Assembly: GCA_030390025.1 (NCBI GenBank)
Contig: CM059432.1
Coordinates: forward strand, 136,340,001 to 136,404,000
Source of the DNA: Squalus acanthias
Lineage: Eukaryota
Reading direction: 5' to 3'
DNA length: 64,000 bases
Below are positions 1 to 13,109 of this stretch, one piece after another. Positions within the stretch are counted from its first letter, which is position 1; every line of letters starts with the position of its first letter. The notes beneath the pieces were generated by a model. The model had not been told where the DNA came from. It saw only the letters and a list, made by a program, of their open reading frames with translations, and ran no database searches. Both the position numbers and the translations under genes were made by a program.

Positions 1-1622
1 AAGGCCAGCATTTATTGCCCATCTCTAATTGCCCTTGAGAAGGTGGTGGTGGTGAGCTGCCTTCTTGAACCGCTGCAGTCCTTGTGGTGAAGGTACTCCC
101 ACAGTGCTGTTAGGGAGGGAGTTCCAGGATTTTAGCCCAGCGACGATGAAGGAACGGCGATATATTTCCAAGTCAGGATGGTGTGTAACTTGGAGAGGAA
201 CTTGCAGGTGATGCTGTTCCCATGCGTCTGCTGCCCTTGTCCTTCTAGGTGGTAGAGGTCACGGGTTTGAGAGGTGCTGCCGAAGAAGCCTTGGCAAGTT
301 GCTACAGTGCATCTTGTAGATGGTACATACTGCAGCCACGGTGCACCGGTGGTGCAGGGAGTGAATGTTTAACATGGTGGATGGGGTGCCAATCAAGCGG
401 GCTGCTTTGTCCTGGATGGTGTCGAGCTTCTTGAGTGTTGCTGGAGCTGCACTCATCCAGGCAAGTGAAGAGTATTCCATCACACTCCTGACTTGTGCCT
501 TGTAGATGGTGGAAAGGCTTTGGGGAGTAAGGAAGTGAGACACTCACCGCAGAATACCCAGCCTCTGGCCTGTTCTTGTAGCCACAGTATTTATGTGGCT
601 GGTCCGGTTAAGTTTCTGGTCAATGGTGACCCCCAGGATGTTGATGGTGGGGGATTTGGCAATGGTAATGCCATTGAATGTCAAGGGGCGGTGATTAGAC
701 TCTCGCTTATTCGAGATAGTCATTGCCTGGCACTTGTGTGGGGCGAATGTTACTTGCCACTTATCAGCCCAAGCCTGAATGTCATCCAGGTCTTGTTGCA
801 TGCAGGCATGGACTGCTTCATTATCTGAGGAGTTGTGAATAAAACTGAACACTGTGCAATCGTCAGCGAACATCCCCATTTCTGGCCTTATGATGGAGGG
901 AAGGTCATTGATGAAGCAGCTGAAAATGGTTGGGCCTAGGACACTGCCCTGAGTAACTCCTGCAGCGATGTCCTGGGGCTGAGATGATTGACCTCCAACA
1001 ACCACAACCATCTTCCTTTCTGCTAGGTATGACTCCAGCTAATGGAGAGTTTTCCCCCTGATTCCAATTGACTTCAATTTTACTAGGGCTCCTTGATGAC
1101 ACACTCAGTCAAATGCTGCCTTGATGTCAAGGGCAGTCACTCTCACCTCACCTCTGGAATTCAGCTCTTTTGTCCATGTTTGGACCAAGTCTGTAATAAG
1201 GTCTGGAGCTGAGTGGTCCTGGCGGAACCCAAACTGAGCATCGGTGAGCAGGTTATTGGTGAGTAAGTGCCGCTTGATAGCACTGTCGACAACACCTTCC
1301 ATCACTTTGCTGATGATTGAGAGTGGACTGATGGGGTGGTAATTGGCCGGATTGGATTTGTCCTGCTTTTTGTGGACAGGACATACCTGGGCAGTTTTCC
1401 ACATTGTCGGGTAGATGCCAGTGTTGTCGCTGCACTGGAACAGCTTGACTAGAGGCGCGGCTAGTTCTGGAGCACAAGTCTTCAGCATGACAGCCGGGAT
1501 GTTGTCGGGACCCACAGCCTTTGCTGCATCCAGTGTGCTCAGCCGTTTCTTGATATCACGTGGAGTGAATCGAATTGGCTGAAGACTGGCTTCTGTGATG
1601 GTGGAGACCTCAGGAGGAGGCC
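1..1622 (-). mobile_element. CR1-group LINE family A, 5'-truncated, decayed RT region plus 3'UTR
   Basis: ORF pieces GPDNIP..CAPELA, QFGFR, ALDIKAAFD, QGSVLGP, MFADD (RT motifs). Internal stop near 1105-1107. 3'UTR matches copies at 14.7, 50.4 and 60.5 kb. Confidence 0.93.
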
Positions 1623-2139
1623 TTTCCTCCTAGGATGAAACCAGGAACTCAGTTTGATGGGATCATGGACAGCAAGAAACATCCTACACTTGGTACTCCT
1701 ATACATTATGGCCCCATGCCACCAACAGCATCTCATTTTCAATAATACTCTAGTCACATAGCCACAAAAAAAATTTGTCTTATCTGCACATTTTTTTCCA
1801 AATCAATTCTTGTCATTAAAGTGACGTAAAAGCAGCAACCCTAATTGTAAGTGAATAAAAGATGCCTATTCCTTAATAACTGCAGACTAGACTGGAACGG
1901 AGGACAGTAAACTCACCACAACTAGACAGATCTTGTGAATTGTCTACAGTCTGATGGTCCCAGAGTATACTTTCTACAATATTTGTGTCCTTAATGCGAT
2001 CAGAAAGTGCAATACTCAGCTAATATCTATCCAAATGAAACTAAAATTAGCTTCAATCACACATATCAGCACTACAGAAATGTTTATTAAGCATTTTAGA
2101 TCAGTTGCCTGTCTGAGGCCCAAATGATATCATCACCCT

Positions 2140-2405
2140 AATACAAAAGCAAAATACTGCGGATGCTGGAAATCTGAAATAAAAACAGAAAATGCTGGAA
2201 ATACTCAGCAGGTCGGGCAGCATCTGTAGAGAGAGAAACAGAGTTAACGTTTCAGGTCGATGACCTTTCGTCAGAACTGGAAAAGGTTAGAGATGTAACA
2301 GGTTTTAAGCAAGTGCAGAGGCAGGGAAAGAGGGGAGGGGAGGAAAGAACAAAAGGGAAGGTCTGTGAGAGGTTGGAAGGCAGGAGTGATTAAATGACAA
2401 AAGGT
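2140..2405 (-). mobile_element. Penelope-like element terminal fragment
   Basis: Same sequence recurs at 33050-33095 and 33775-34020 in inverted arrangement. Carries a hammerhead core on the minus strand. Confidence 0.7.
2242..2278 (-). ncRNA. Minimal type I hammerhead-ribozyme-like motif
   Basis: Minus strand reads AGTT-CTGACGA-a-AGGTC atc GACCT-GAAA-CGTT-AACT: core CUGANGA/GAAA, 5-bp stem II, 4-bp stem I, palindromic ACGT helix III. Confidence 0.65.
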
Positions 2406-2444
2406 AGTCTAAGGACCCTAGTCCTTGGATACTTCATATTAATT

Positions 2445-3105
2445 ACATTGAATTTACAGCACAGGAACAGGACATTCGGCCCAACAGGTCCATGCTGGTG
2501 CTTAAGCTCCACACGAGCCTCCTCCCACCTTAAGAACATAAGAACATAAGAACATAAGAAATAGGAGCAGGAGTAGGCCAATCGGCCCCTCGAGCCTGCT
2601 CCGCCATTCAATAAGATCATGGCTGATCTGATCCTAACCGCCAATCTACTATCTATCACGGAACCATCTCCTGCATCTAACAGAATTGCACACACGAAAT
2701 AGGAGCAGAATCAGGCTACACAGTCCCTGGGCCCGCTCCACTACCCACAGGGCCATGACCGATCCGAACCTAGACTCATGTCCAAATTCCTGCCCGCTCC
2801 CCGTAACCCTTAATGCCCTTTACTTCTAGGAAACTGTCTATTTCTGTTTTAAATTTAATTAATGTTGTAGCTTCTACAGCTTTTTGTGGCAGCATATTCC
2901 ATGGACCTACCACCCTCTGAGTGAAGTTACTTTATCTTACACTATCAACATAACCTTCCATTCCTTTCTCCCTCGTGTACTTATTGAGTTTCCCCTTAAA
3001 TGCATCTGTGCTATTCGCCTCAACTACTCCTTGTGGTAGCGAGTTCCACATCCTAACCACTCTCTAAGTAAAGAAGTTTCTCCTGAATTCCTCATTGGAT
3101 TAATA
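2445..3105 (-). mobile_element. Nested CR1 (family B) 3' tail fragments
   Basis: CR1-type terminal hairpin (GGCC..GGCC) and 8-bp tail repeat (AAGAACAT)x3 at 2532-2557, inserted into an older CR1 tail. Confidence 0.8.
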
Positions 3106-3782
3106 GGGGTAGGAATTGGTTGTGACCTGTTTTTGTGTATATATATAAAACCAGTGTCTGCCCGAATTGGGAGGCCGAAAGCTCACCCTGAAATTGGGCC
3201 TCGAACCTCATTTTATTCATTTTGGCCGAGCTGCCGGCACCTGTTGTGCCTCCAGAGGCAGCTTGCCCATTGGCAAGGGATTAATTTCGGGCCGTTTGCC
3301 TCGCTAGACGCGTCTCTCAGGTAAGTCTCGGGCCGGTGGGGAAGGACAACAGGAATGGGTCCAATAGCCGGCCGGCTGTGACTCTTCGGAATGCTGTGGA
3401 GCTGGGAGAAGCATTCCTGCTCCTCCTTGCGCAACATCAAACTTCAAACAAAAATGATCTTACCTTTTTGGTGGCTGCCGCCTGCTGGACTGAACCCGTG
3501 CCAAGATAAACCTGAGCGGTGTAGGCCCGGCACCTGCTCCACTCAAGGCAGCCCAGAGTTCCCAGAGGGGTCCTTTACAGTTGTTAGGCCCCTCATTGGT
3601 ATATGCCAGAGGCCTAATGCCTGTTTTAGGAGGCCACCCCGAATGTCTGAAAAAATGGCCCGATCTAATATCAGGTCGGCTGTCTTTCTGGCATCCTTGG
3701 GCGGCAAGACATTCTGTCCCTGAAATTGGCCCTCTTTGTGCCCACTTTACACCTGTAAAACCGGTGCAACAAAGTCCAATTT
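3106..3782. mobile_element. GC-rich non-autonomous DNA element (probable Harbinger-type MITE)
   Basis: Begins GGGGTAGGAATTGG and ends ..TCCAATTT at a CR1 tail insertion. CpG-rich and non-coding. Confidence 0.5.
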
Positions 3783-4110
3783 AGGAACATAGGAACAGGA
3801 GGAGGCCATTTAGCCCCTCGGGCTGTTCCACCATTCAATGAGATCATGGCTGATCTGTGACCTAACTCCATATCCCTTAATACCTTTGGTTAACAAAAAT
3901 CTATCAATCTCAGATTTAAAATTAACAATTGACCTCGTATCAATTGTCGTTTGCAGAAGAGAGTTCCAAACTTCTACCACCCTTTGCATGTAGAAGTGTT
4001 TCCTAACTACACTACTGAAAGGCCTGGCTCTAATTTTTAGACTATGCCTCCTAGTCTTAGACTCCCTAGCCAGCAGAGATAGTTTCTCTCTATCTACCCT
4101 ATCAGTTCCC
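3783..4110 (-). mobile_element. CR1 3' fragment
   Basis: (TAGGAACA) tail repeat, terminal hairpin and ORF2 C-terminal remnant. Confidence 0.8.
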
Positions 4111-4314
4111 CTTTCTCCCCGATTGTGTCTATTATTCGCTGTAGAAATAGAATATGCAAAAGTGCTACAATGTAGAACGTGTCCCCATCAACTAACATTT
4201 GGAGGCCAGGAATTCTACCATGAATGCTACCCTAAATGTTATTTATGTAGGGAATAATAGACAAGAGAGAATGATTACAAGGAAATATCTGCAGAGGTTT
4301 GGATGACAAAAATC

Positions 4315-4945
4315 ATTATCCCTCTCTGGCACTGTTTCAGACTGAACCAGACTGTTCACAACCTTGGTGTCCTATTCAACCTTGAGCTGAGCTTTCAACC
4401 TTGTATGCTCTCCATCACAATGACCACCTACTTCCGCCTCCATAGCGTCGCCCACCTCTGCCCATACATCAGCCCATCTGCTGCGACAGCCCTCATTCAT
4501 CCATTTATCACCGCCAGATTTCACTAGTCCCATGTTCTCCTGGCTGGTCTCCCATCTTCCACCCTACTTGAACTTGAGCTCATCCAAACCTCGCCCCTCC
4601 CTAGCTCTGTAACCTCCTCCAGCCCACCAAGAACTCTATGCTCCTCCAAGTCTGGCCTCTTATTCATCCCCCACTTCCATCACTCCACCCTTGGTGGCCA
4701 TGCCTCCAGTTACCTCGGTCCTAAGCTCTGAAATTCCCTCCCCAAACCTCTTCGCCTCTCCACCTCTCTCTCTCCTCTTTTAAGACGCTGCTTAAAACCT
4801 ACCTCTTTGACCAAGCGTCTGATCGCCTGTCCTAATATCTCCTTCTTTGGCTCGGTGTCAATTTCTGTCTGATCACGCTCCTGTGAAGGGCCTTTGGATG
4901 TTTTACAACGTTAAAGGCGCCATATTAATGCACATTGTTGTTATA
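4315..4945 (+). mobile_element. L2 LINE 3' fragment
   Basis: LNQTVHNLGVLF..AATALIHPFITAR is an L2 ORF2 C-terminus. Tail ends AAAGGCGC..ATGCA..TTGTTG. Confidence 0.85.
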
Positions 4946-5724
4946 GTTTTATTATTGGTCTGTAAGCATCATGGCAACTTTGGTAGCTAATCAGCTCCTT
5001 ATGGTTAATGTATGATGACCTTCTTATTGAAGGATTGAATTTGAGATGTAATCACTCCCAACTTCCCAAATTTCACAGTTGAATACTGGGAAATAACATT
5101 TCAGTACATAATATGATAAACCGCAGAAATATTCTCATTTAAACCTGGCCAAATAATCTACTGGTGTTCTTTTTCCCATCATCTTTAAATCCACAGATTC
5201 ATGGATAAAAGGATTCAAATCAATTACAGCCCCAAAAAGGTTCTTTATGCCAAATAGGCTTTTGTTGATTTTTTTTTTAATTAGCCATTAATGTTTAGAC
5301 ATGAAGGGTTTAATTAGTACCCAAAGAGCGAAATGTAAATGTGGACATGGAAATATTCAAAAATGTTATGAATTAACATAATTTTGTGCAGGCATTCAGT
5401 CATTGAAGTCCCTCGGTGCCCATTTGTACCTTCTTTACTGCACTTGAGCCAATAATAAACATCAATGGAGCAAGAATGACTATTATACATAAAGGAAAAA
5501 CGACATTAGTACTTTCGACATTTCAGTAGGTGTAGCCTTTCCTTAAATGTACAATAAAATTATTTTGCAACATTAAACATTATGGGGCATTTTGTGCCTG
5601 TCTTTAATTCAAAACTCTTTACACCTGCTGTGACAATATCAAATAGGAAGTAGCGTAAGTGCAATTTATACAAGCCTTTTAAAAGACTGGGAGAAGTTAT
5701 GTACACTTAATTGTTGCTCTCCCC

Positions 5725-6845
5725 GCACACAGACACACACATAAACACACACACACACAAACACAAACACACACAAACACAAACATAGACACACCATCAC
5801 ACAAACACATACACACAACACATAACACACAAGCACACACACACAAATACAAAGACACACACAATCACACAAACACATACATACACACAACACATAACAC
5901 ACAAGCACACAGACACAAACACAAACACGCACACAACATAAGACACACAAACACACACACATACATACATACACACACACACAAACACACCCACACACAC
6001 ATACATACACGCACACACAAACACACCCACACACACATACATACACACACACAAACACACACACAATATACACACACCCAAACACACACACACATACACA
6101 CACACACAAACACACACACACATACATACATACACACACATACATACACACATATACAAACACACACACAAACATACACACAACACATAACACACACACA
6201 TACACACAAACACACACACACACAAACTCACACACAAACACACACACAAACATACACACAACACAAGACACACAAACACACACAACACATGACGCACAAA
6301 CACACAAACATACACAACACACAGACAAACACACACGACTCACACACATAAACACAAACAGACTCACAAACACAGGCACACACAAACAAACAAAAACACA
6401 AACACACACATGCAAGTATAAACAAACACAACCACACACAAACACACACACACAAACACACACACACAAACACAAACACACACACACAAACACACACACA
6501 AATTACACACAACACACACACACAAACACACACACAAATTACACACAACACACAGACAAACACACACGACTCACACACATAAACACACATGACACACAAT
6601 ACAAACACGCACACACAAAGAAACACACAGACACACACACATACACACATAAACAAACACAACCACAAACACACACACAAACATACACACACACACAAAC
6701 ACAAAACACAAACATACATGCAAAGACACACAACACACGATACAAACACATGACACACAAACACACACACAACATTCCATACACACACACACAAAAAACA
6801 CACGGCACAAACACACGACACACACACAAACACAAACATACACAC
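5725..6845. repeat. Degenerate (CA)n-rich microsatellite, about 1.1 kb
   Basis: Almost pure A/C with AAAC and ATAC interruptions. Confidence 0.98.
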
Positions 6846-7924
6846 TTTCAGAATACCAAACAAGGTTGAGCAACTACTTAAATCCAATTTTGGCAGAATA
6901 TATACTTGAAGTACGCAGAAGTGTGTTTGCAATAGGGTGTATTTACTTTTGGAGCAATGTTTGCTCAGTTCAAAGTTTAATAAAGTAGCATAAAAGCATA
7001 TTTCAATAGATTTATTTAACATCATAAAATGTCCATTAAATAAGTGCTAAGCAAATCCATTAAGGGATTTAAATCATCACTGTAGATTTTCATCTTGTAT
7101 CTTCAAGTAGAAATTAACTGCCTCTGCTTTGTTTGCACTCCCCTTTATTCAGCCAGTCTTAAAATCCTCTTTATGTGAAACAGCTGCCATCTCCAACCTG
7201 ATTAACAGATAGGCAAGTACAGCAACACAGTTTATTGCCCACATCAGCTTTAGTTCACAAATCACAAGGCTTCAAAAGACCAGGACACACATAAAACAGT
7301 CAGTACACAAAACCATTAGATTAAAAGCATATTAATACAAGGGAAGAGTTAATATTGTAGCATTCATGAAATTTCCTACCCAGTTACCATTCATGGCAAT
7401 TATGCGTGACGTGAAATTTATTTCCATTGCTGGCGCCATCGCATATATACTCTGTGAGGTTTCTGTAATAAATAAAGCTATTGTGAAAGCATGGCATTAA
7501 CCATATGGCAATGTTGCTGGACTCTCCTGAGTTTGCACTGTAATCTAATGGAGTCAGATAAAAATAGCTGCTGTTATCTTTCATTCTGATCATCCACTTT
7601 GGAATATTTACTCAGAAAAGGAAGAAAGCTTTTGATCAGCTGCCGATGAGGAATAAACACATTAGGACAAAACCTTTCAATCTTCTGTCATTTTTTTTTT
7701 CATTTTGCTTGCACGACAGAAACCGTCTCAAATTCAGGATTGATGCCTGGCTGGCCATAGAAGTGACATTATGAATAGTTCTTCCTGTCATAGCATATTT
7801 TTTTAGAAAGGTGTGTCTCAAGGTCTACAAGGTCTACCGGAACTAGCACTGCAAAATATTCTAGTGTTGGATCGGTACTGATATCACAAGGAGGGAGGGC
7901 CTAGGACATGCAGTAAGAATATTA

Positions 7925-8272
7925 GAGGTTTCATCCTTGTGTTCAAATCCCTCCGTGGCCTCGCTCCTCCCTATCTCTGTAACTTCCTCCAGCCCTACAA
8001 CCCTCCGAGATATCTGCGCTCCTCCAATTCTGGCCTCTTGCACATCCCCGATTTTAATCGCCCCAACGTGCCTTCAGTTGCCTGGGCCCTAAGCTTCGGA
8101 ATTCCCTCCCTAAACCTCTCCGTCTCTCCACCTCTCTTTCCTCCTTTAAGACATTGCTTAAAACCTACCTCTTTGACCAAGCGTTAGGTGACCTGTCCTA
8201 ATATCTCCTTTTGTGGCACTTTGGGACGTTTTACAACATTAAAGGCGCTATATAAATGCAATTTGTTGTAAT
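7925..8272 (+). mobile_element. L2 LINE 3' fragment
   Basis: FKSLRGLAPPYL..LRSSNSGLL motif plus L2 tail. Confidence 0.88.
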
Positions 8273-8418
8273 TGTTTAATGACTACTTAATTTTCCTTTT
8301 AATGTTACTGCAGCCTGGTACAATGAAGGTGTGCTGAAATCAACTGGGAACCCAGTGATGCCAAATTGAGGCAGTGGAGGTTAAGTCTGTCAGAATGTGG
8401 CTCAGTTTAGAAACTTTG

Positions 8419-8800
8419 AGGGGAATTTACCCTCCAAAAACAGGTAGGTAGGGGTCGGGTGGGCTGTGAAAATTTTAAAAATCTCAAATCCGACCCCAAT
8501 CCTGCCCAGGATCGGACACACCCCTCCACTCCAGGATCGGACCCCCCCCCCTCCCGCCCCCCACCCCAGGATCGGAGGGCCCCAAAGACCGGAGACTTCC
8601 CCCCCCACAACCCACGTTATCACTAACCCCAGCTGCAGGCTCCCTACCTGCTCCTGGCCAGTGGCCTCTCAGGACTGCACCGAGGCCGGCAGGGAGCCAA
8701 GCCTGTCAATCAGGCTGGCTTCCGGATGGGGAACCTGCTGGGAAAAAAAAGACATACATACATACCCAGTCTCCCAGGTTTCCTATCCACAACTCATCCC
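8419..8800. mobile_element. GC-rich MITE-like fragment
   Basis: Start GGGGAATTTACCC..GGGTCGGGTGGG..AAAAATC..ATCCGACCC resembles the element at 49700-50040. Confidence 0.5.
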
Positions 8801-9257
8801 CTCCAGCTCGGAAAACCCGCTCCAGCCAAGATCGAGGCCTTTGCATCCAAATGCATCTGTCTCCGTTATTAAGTACATTTTAGTTGAGTGCGTCTGATGG
8901 GGCAAATGAGAGGCAAGCATTTCAGTATCTGTCATTAAGTTCCCATTACTATCCTGGTTGATAGGCAGGTGATTGTTGCTGTGCCTGAGCAGCAGCAACA
9001 AGCAGAAGTCTTTCTTTTGAGTACCCGGCCTAATGATATTCTGAAACCAAGCCCCTGGCTGTCTAGTGGTGGCCTGCATCAGATTCCCTACCGTCCAGTG
9101 GTGGCCCGGGTCAGATTTCCTGTACTCTGCTGGTGGTCTGTGTATAATTTCTTGTTGTGCTCCTCGATATCGGCTTCTCTGTAAATTGTGGTCCGTGTCC
9201 AATTCCTTGCAGCCTATTATTTGAATCCAGTTCTCTGGTTGCATATTATTATTCATA

Positions 9258-9680
9258 GAATTACATCGAGTCTACAGCACAAAAACAGACCATTTGGCCT
9301 AACTGGTCCGTGCCAGCATTTATGCGCCACACGAGCTTCCTCCCACCCCTCTTCATCTAACCCTATCAGCATAATCTTCTCTATTTCTCCCTCATGTACT
9401 TATCAAGCTTCCCCTTAAATGCATCTTTGTTATTCGCCTCAATTACTCCTTGTGGTAGCCAGTTCCACATTCTAACCACTCTCTGAGTAAAGAAATTTCT
9501 CCTGAATTCCCTATTGGATTTATTAGTGACTATCTTATATTTACGGTCCCTAGTTTTGGTCTCCCCCACAAGTGGAAACATCTTCTCTACGTCTGCCTAT
9601 CAAATCCTTTCACAATCTTAAAGACCTCTATCAGGTCACCCTTCAGCCTTCTCTTTTCTATTGAAAGGAGCCTAAGCCCC
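9258..9680 (-). mobile_element. CR1 3' fragment
   Basis: RRNFFTQRVVRMWN.LP..FKGKLDKYM is the CR1 ORF2 C-terminus, followed by a tail. Confidence 0.88.
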
Positions 9681-9705
9681 ATTCGTTCCTTCTTTCTGGC
9701 AATTT

Positions 9706-10060
9706 TAAAAAAATTCATTCACGGGGTGTGGACGTCGCCGGCAAGGCCAGTATTTATTGCCCATCCCATTGCCTTCGAGAAGGTAGTGGTGAGCCGCCTT
9801 CTTGAATACAACTGAGTGGCTTGCTAGGCCATTTGAGAAGGAAGTTAAGAGTCAACCACATTGCTGTGGGTCTGGAGTCACATATCGGCCAGACCGGGTA
9901 AGGGTGCAAGATTTCCTTCCCTAAAGGACGTTAGTGAACCAGATTGGTTTTTATGACAATTCGATAGTTTCATGGCCACCATTACTGATACTAGCTTTTT
10001 ATTCCAGGTTTTTATTTAATTGAAATTAAATTTCCCAGCTGCCGTGGTGTGATTTGGTAG
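9706..10060 (-). mobile_element. SINE with 3' tail derived from LINE family A
   Basis: 9715-9805 matches the family A 3'UTR. It is joined to a non-LINE body that ends in a degenerate B-box-like segment near 10045-10056. Confidence 0.65.
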
Positions 10061-10555
10061 TCGGAGGCCAGGAGGGGAAAAAATTCACAGATCTGGATTT
10101 TCCTCTGAATTGCTGCCCATTTGGGGGCAGGTTTTGGATGGTAAATGGAGTAAAATGGTTTTTAGCGGCTATGTCCTCAAATTTACCGCTAAAAATCTGT
10201 ACCTGAAGTATCCTCGCAAAAAAAAGTGCCAGTCCCCTTTGATATCTGTCAGGTGCTGTCTCCACCTCATGTCAATGGAGTCAAGGGGGTTGTGGCTAAC
10301 CCCTCTGACCCATTTCCCCAACTTCTGCCACAGGCCTGTCCCAAGTAATTATCACTGCCATATCAGTGGTGGTAAGGGCTGCAGGAAGATATCCCTGAAG
10401 TAGATAGCACATTGGAGAGGCCATGTTATGTGCTGCTACTGTGGTTGGTGTTACTTTGCCTGTATATCGGTCTCTTTAGTAGTTTAGAAGCTCAGCCAAG
10501 ACTTTTGCTGCTATTTTCACTCAGCTCTGCTCAAAGTACTGTTTTGCACTGGGAC

Positions 10556-12790
10556 ATGGCTTTCCCAATGGAAATCCCTCTGTTCTTATGCTATGAAGAA
10601 GGGGAGGAAGACGCAGAAGAGGCTAGATTGGAGTCTCTCAGGGTCAGGCAAGGCATCTCTTCCCTCTAAGCTAATACCCACTCACCAGGGTCTACAGACC
10701 AAGAAGACCTTTTCTGTCTGTGCCTCAGAAGGCTACACTTCTCTCGGAGGCTATTGGGGAAGTATGTCAACCGCTGGCTGAAGACCTGCAGTCCACTTCC
10801 ACCAGGAGAACGGCATTGTCTGTGCCAGTCAAGGTCACCATTGCCCTGAATTTCTGTGCGACTGGATTTTCCCAAGCAGCATTGGGTGACCATTGCCACA
10901 TTAGTCAGGCAGTGGATCACGATTGCACCAAGAAGGTCACTGATGTTCTATAAAGGAGGACTGCATAATCCATATCTTTCCCAATGAAAGCAAGCAAAGA
11001 CAGAGAGCTGTCCAGTTCTACAGACTCAAAGGGCTCGATTTTAATAGCGGAAGCGGGTTGAGGCCGGGCCCGCTGCTCAGCAGCTTTCGGGCCTGCACCC
11101 GGCTGCCGCCTCCCAGCACTTCCGATTTTGGCTTCATTGGTCTCGTTACGGCCGACGTGCAGCTCCCTCCAGGCAATTGCTTGGAGGGTGTCAGTTTCTC
11201 GCGTCTGATGACGCGTCGTTTGTTTGGAAATTTAAAGGGGCCATGTCCCCTTTGCATACAAATGTCATTGGGATGGATTGGTGCTTTATTATCTTGAAAG
11301 GGGAGTTGACAGCGTCTGTTCTGAGCAAAATTTAATGAATGATATTGCTGGTCATATTATTCTCATTTCTCATATTCTCATATTCATGCGACTTCTCATT
11401 TTTGTCCACCCCAGTCCAACGCCGGCATCTCCACATCATATTATTCCAGAAAGAGATTCATGATTTTTTTGATATATGACTTTATTATCTGACTATGAAA
11501 TGAAAAGGATGCCGGATGTGTTCCAATCACTTGGTTAGTAATATTAATGCTTTTTTCTCTTAAAGGTGCTGGGAGCTGAGCCACTTGTTCATCCGGCAGC
11601 ACTAAGCCGCGCTGCTCTTCCTCTGAATCTGACGACCAGGATGAGAGGATGTAAATGGTTCCCATCCCGTTGTTAAAGATTTCAGTTGAGGCAAGAAGCT
11701 TGCAAGCGCACACTCAAAGTGGCATGAAATTATTCCAATCAGTTCAAACAGCAGATGTGTGTCAGCTTGACCAGTCACAAGGTCATTAGATTTGCAAAAT
11801 CTTATCCCAAACCTCCAACAACAGTTGTTGCATTTGAATGCCAGCCATGTTACAGGAGCGCTTTTAAAGTGCTGCACCAATAATGAGTACAGATCATGTC
11901 CTCCACCAACTCGTCTCCTTGCAGCTGAACTGTTTCTGACAAGACGGGAAACAGGAGCCAGAGGCACGAAAATGGGAAACCTCTATCAAAATAGGATTAT
12001 CAAGGCAGTTAACAGGCTCTTAACTGCCTTAACTACCTGTCCCACCGGTTCCAGACGGGTCAGTTTGGGAGTGGCTGACCCAACACTCATGAAAATCGCA
12101 TGGGGGTGGGATGGAGGCGGGTTGGGTGTCTGAAGCCATTTTTTCCGATTTTCACAGCTGACCTGCCTCCAAACCTGCCTCCTCAGGGCTATAAAAATGG
12201 AGCCCAAAGGGTTCCTACAGTTGCAAGGATTAATTGATGGAACTCATCTGCCACTCAAAGCCCCATTGACACCCTCCTCAGTTTTATGAATTGGAAATGC
12301 TCTCATTCTATTAATGTCCAGCTAGTGTGCAGTGCCAATGACCTTATCCTGTATATCAAATGCCAGATACCCAGGAAGCTAGCATCATGCGACAATCCAC
12401 CAATGCAGCCCTCATGACTCGGAGCCAAGTATCCAGGTGGTTAATTGGTGATTAGGGCTAGCCTTGCAGTCATGGCCATGACTCCAGTAAGGCTTCTGCA
12501 GACAGAGGAGGACAGAATGCGCCCCAAGCCAATACAAGAAGCCGTAGATAGACCGGAGGAATTCTCAAGAACGGTTTTAGGCGCCTGGAAAAGTCTGGAA
12601 GAGCCTGCAACATAGCCCAGCGAGAGAAATGACTTGCTGTTTCTGGAAGCCGAAGGCGATGATGGTGAAGAGGGGATGGAAGGACCTTGCTTTCCACAGC
12701 AGGGGGAGGAGAGGACATGGGACGGGGGACAGCTAGCAGCCAGAGAAAGGAGCATGCAGCTGGTAGTCCAGTGCTTTCAACAAATAAATG
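10556..12790 (+). pseudogene. Decayed PIF/Harbinger DDE transposase (HARBI1-like), split by an insertion
   Basis: ALSVPVKVTIALNFCATG..ISQ..CTKKVTD. Removing 11031-12208 restores FYRLKGFLQLQGLIDGTHL. Downstream HSINVQLVC and an acidic C-terminus. Multiple stops and frameshifts. Confidence 0.85.
11031..12205. mobile_element. Non-autonomous Harbinger-type element (1175 bp) inserted in the transposase
   Basis: TIRs GGGCTCGATTTTAATAGC / GCTATAAAAATGGAGCCC (16/18 match). 3-bp TSD AAA at 11028-11030 and 12206-12208. Confidence 0.85.
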
Positions 12791-13109
12791 TTCACTCACT
12801 AAATAAAGTCACTTCACACCTGCCATTTCTCCCTCCACAGTCTTACAAAATCGCTCAGTGTCAAAAAATCCTGCGAAGTTCCTTCATAAGACGGAAGTCG
12901 ATATTTCCCCACCGTCATCCAAATCCCCAAAAAGAGAAAACATGAAATGAACTCTGAGCTCCGTAGGCACAAGCAGGGTTTACTTTACAGGACAACATAT
13001 TCTACAAAATATACCCAAAATCCCAATCACCCTTTCGCCAACTACTTCTTAAGGTGTCAGCTGTGGCTCAGTGGTAGCACGCTCGCCTCTGAGTCAGAAG
13101 ATTGTGAGG

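Noticed and set aside
5666..7025. Long Cys/Val-rich ORFs
   Set aside because: Translation of the (TG)n microsatellite strand, which lacks stop codons.
7384..7640. Minus-strand exon (donor near 7386, acceptor near 7641)
   Set aside because: All three frames from the good acceptor hit stops before the donor, and no peptide is recognisable.
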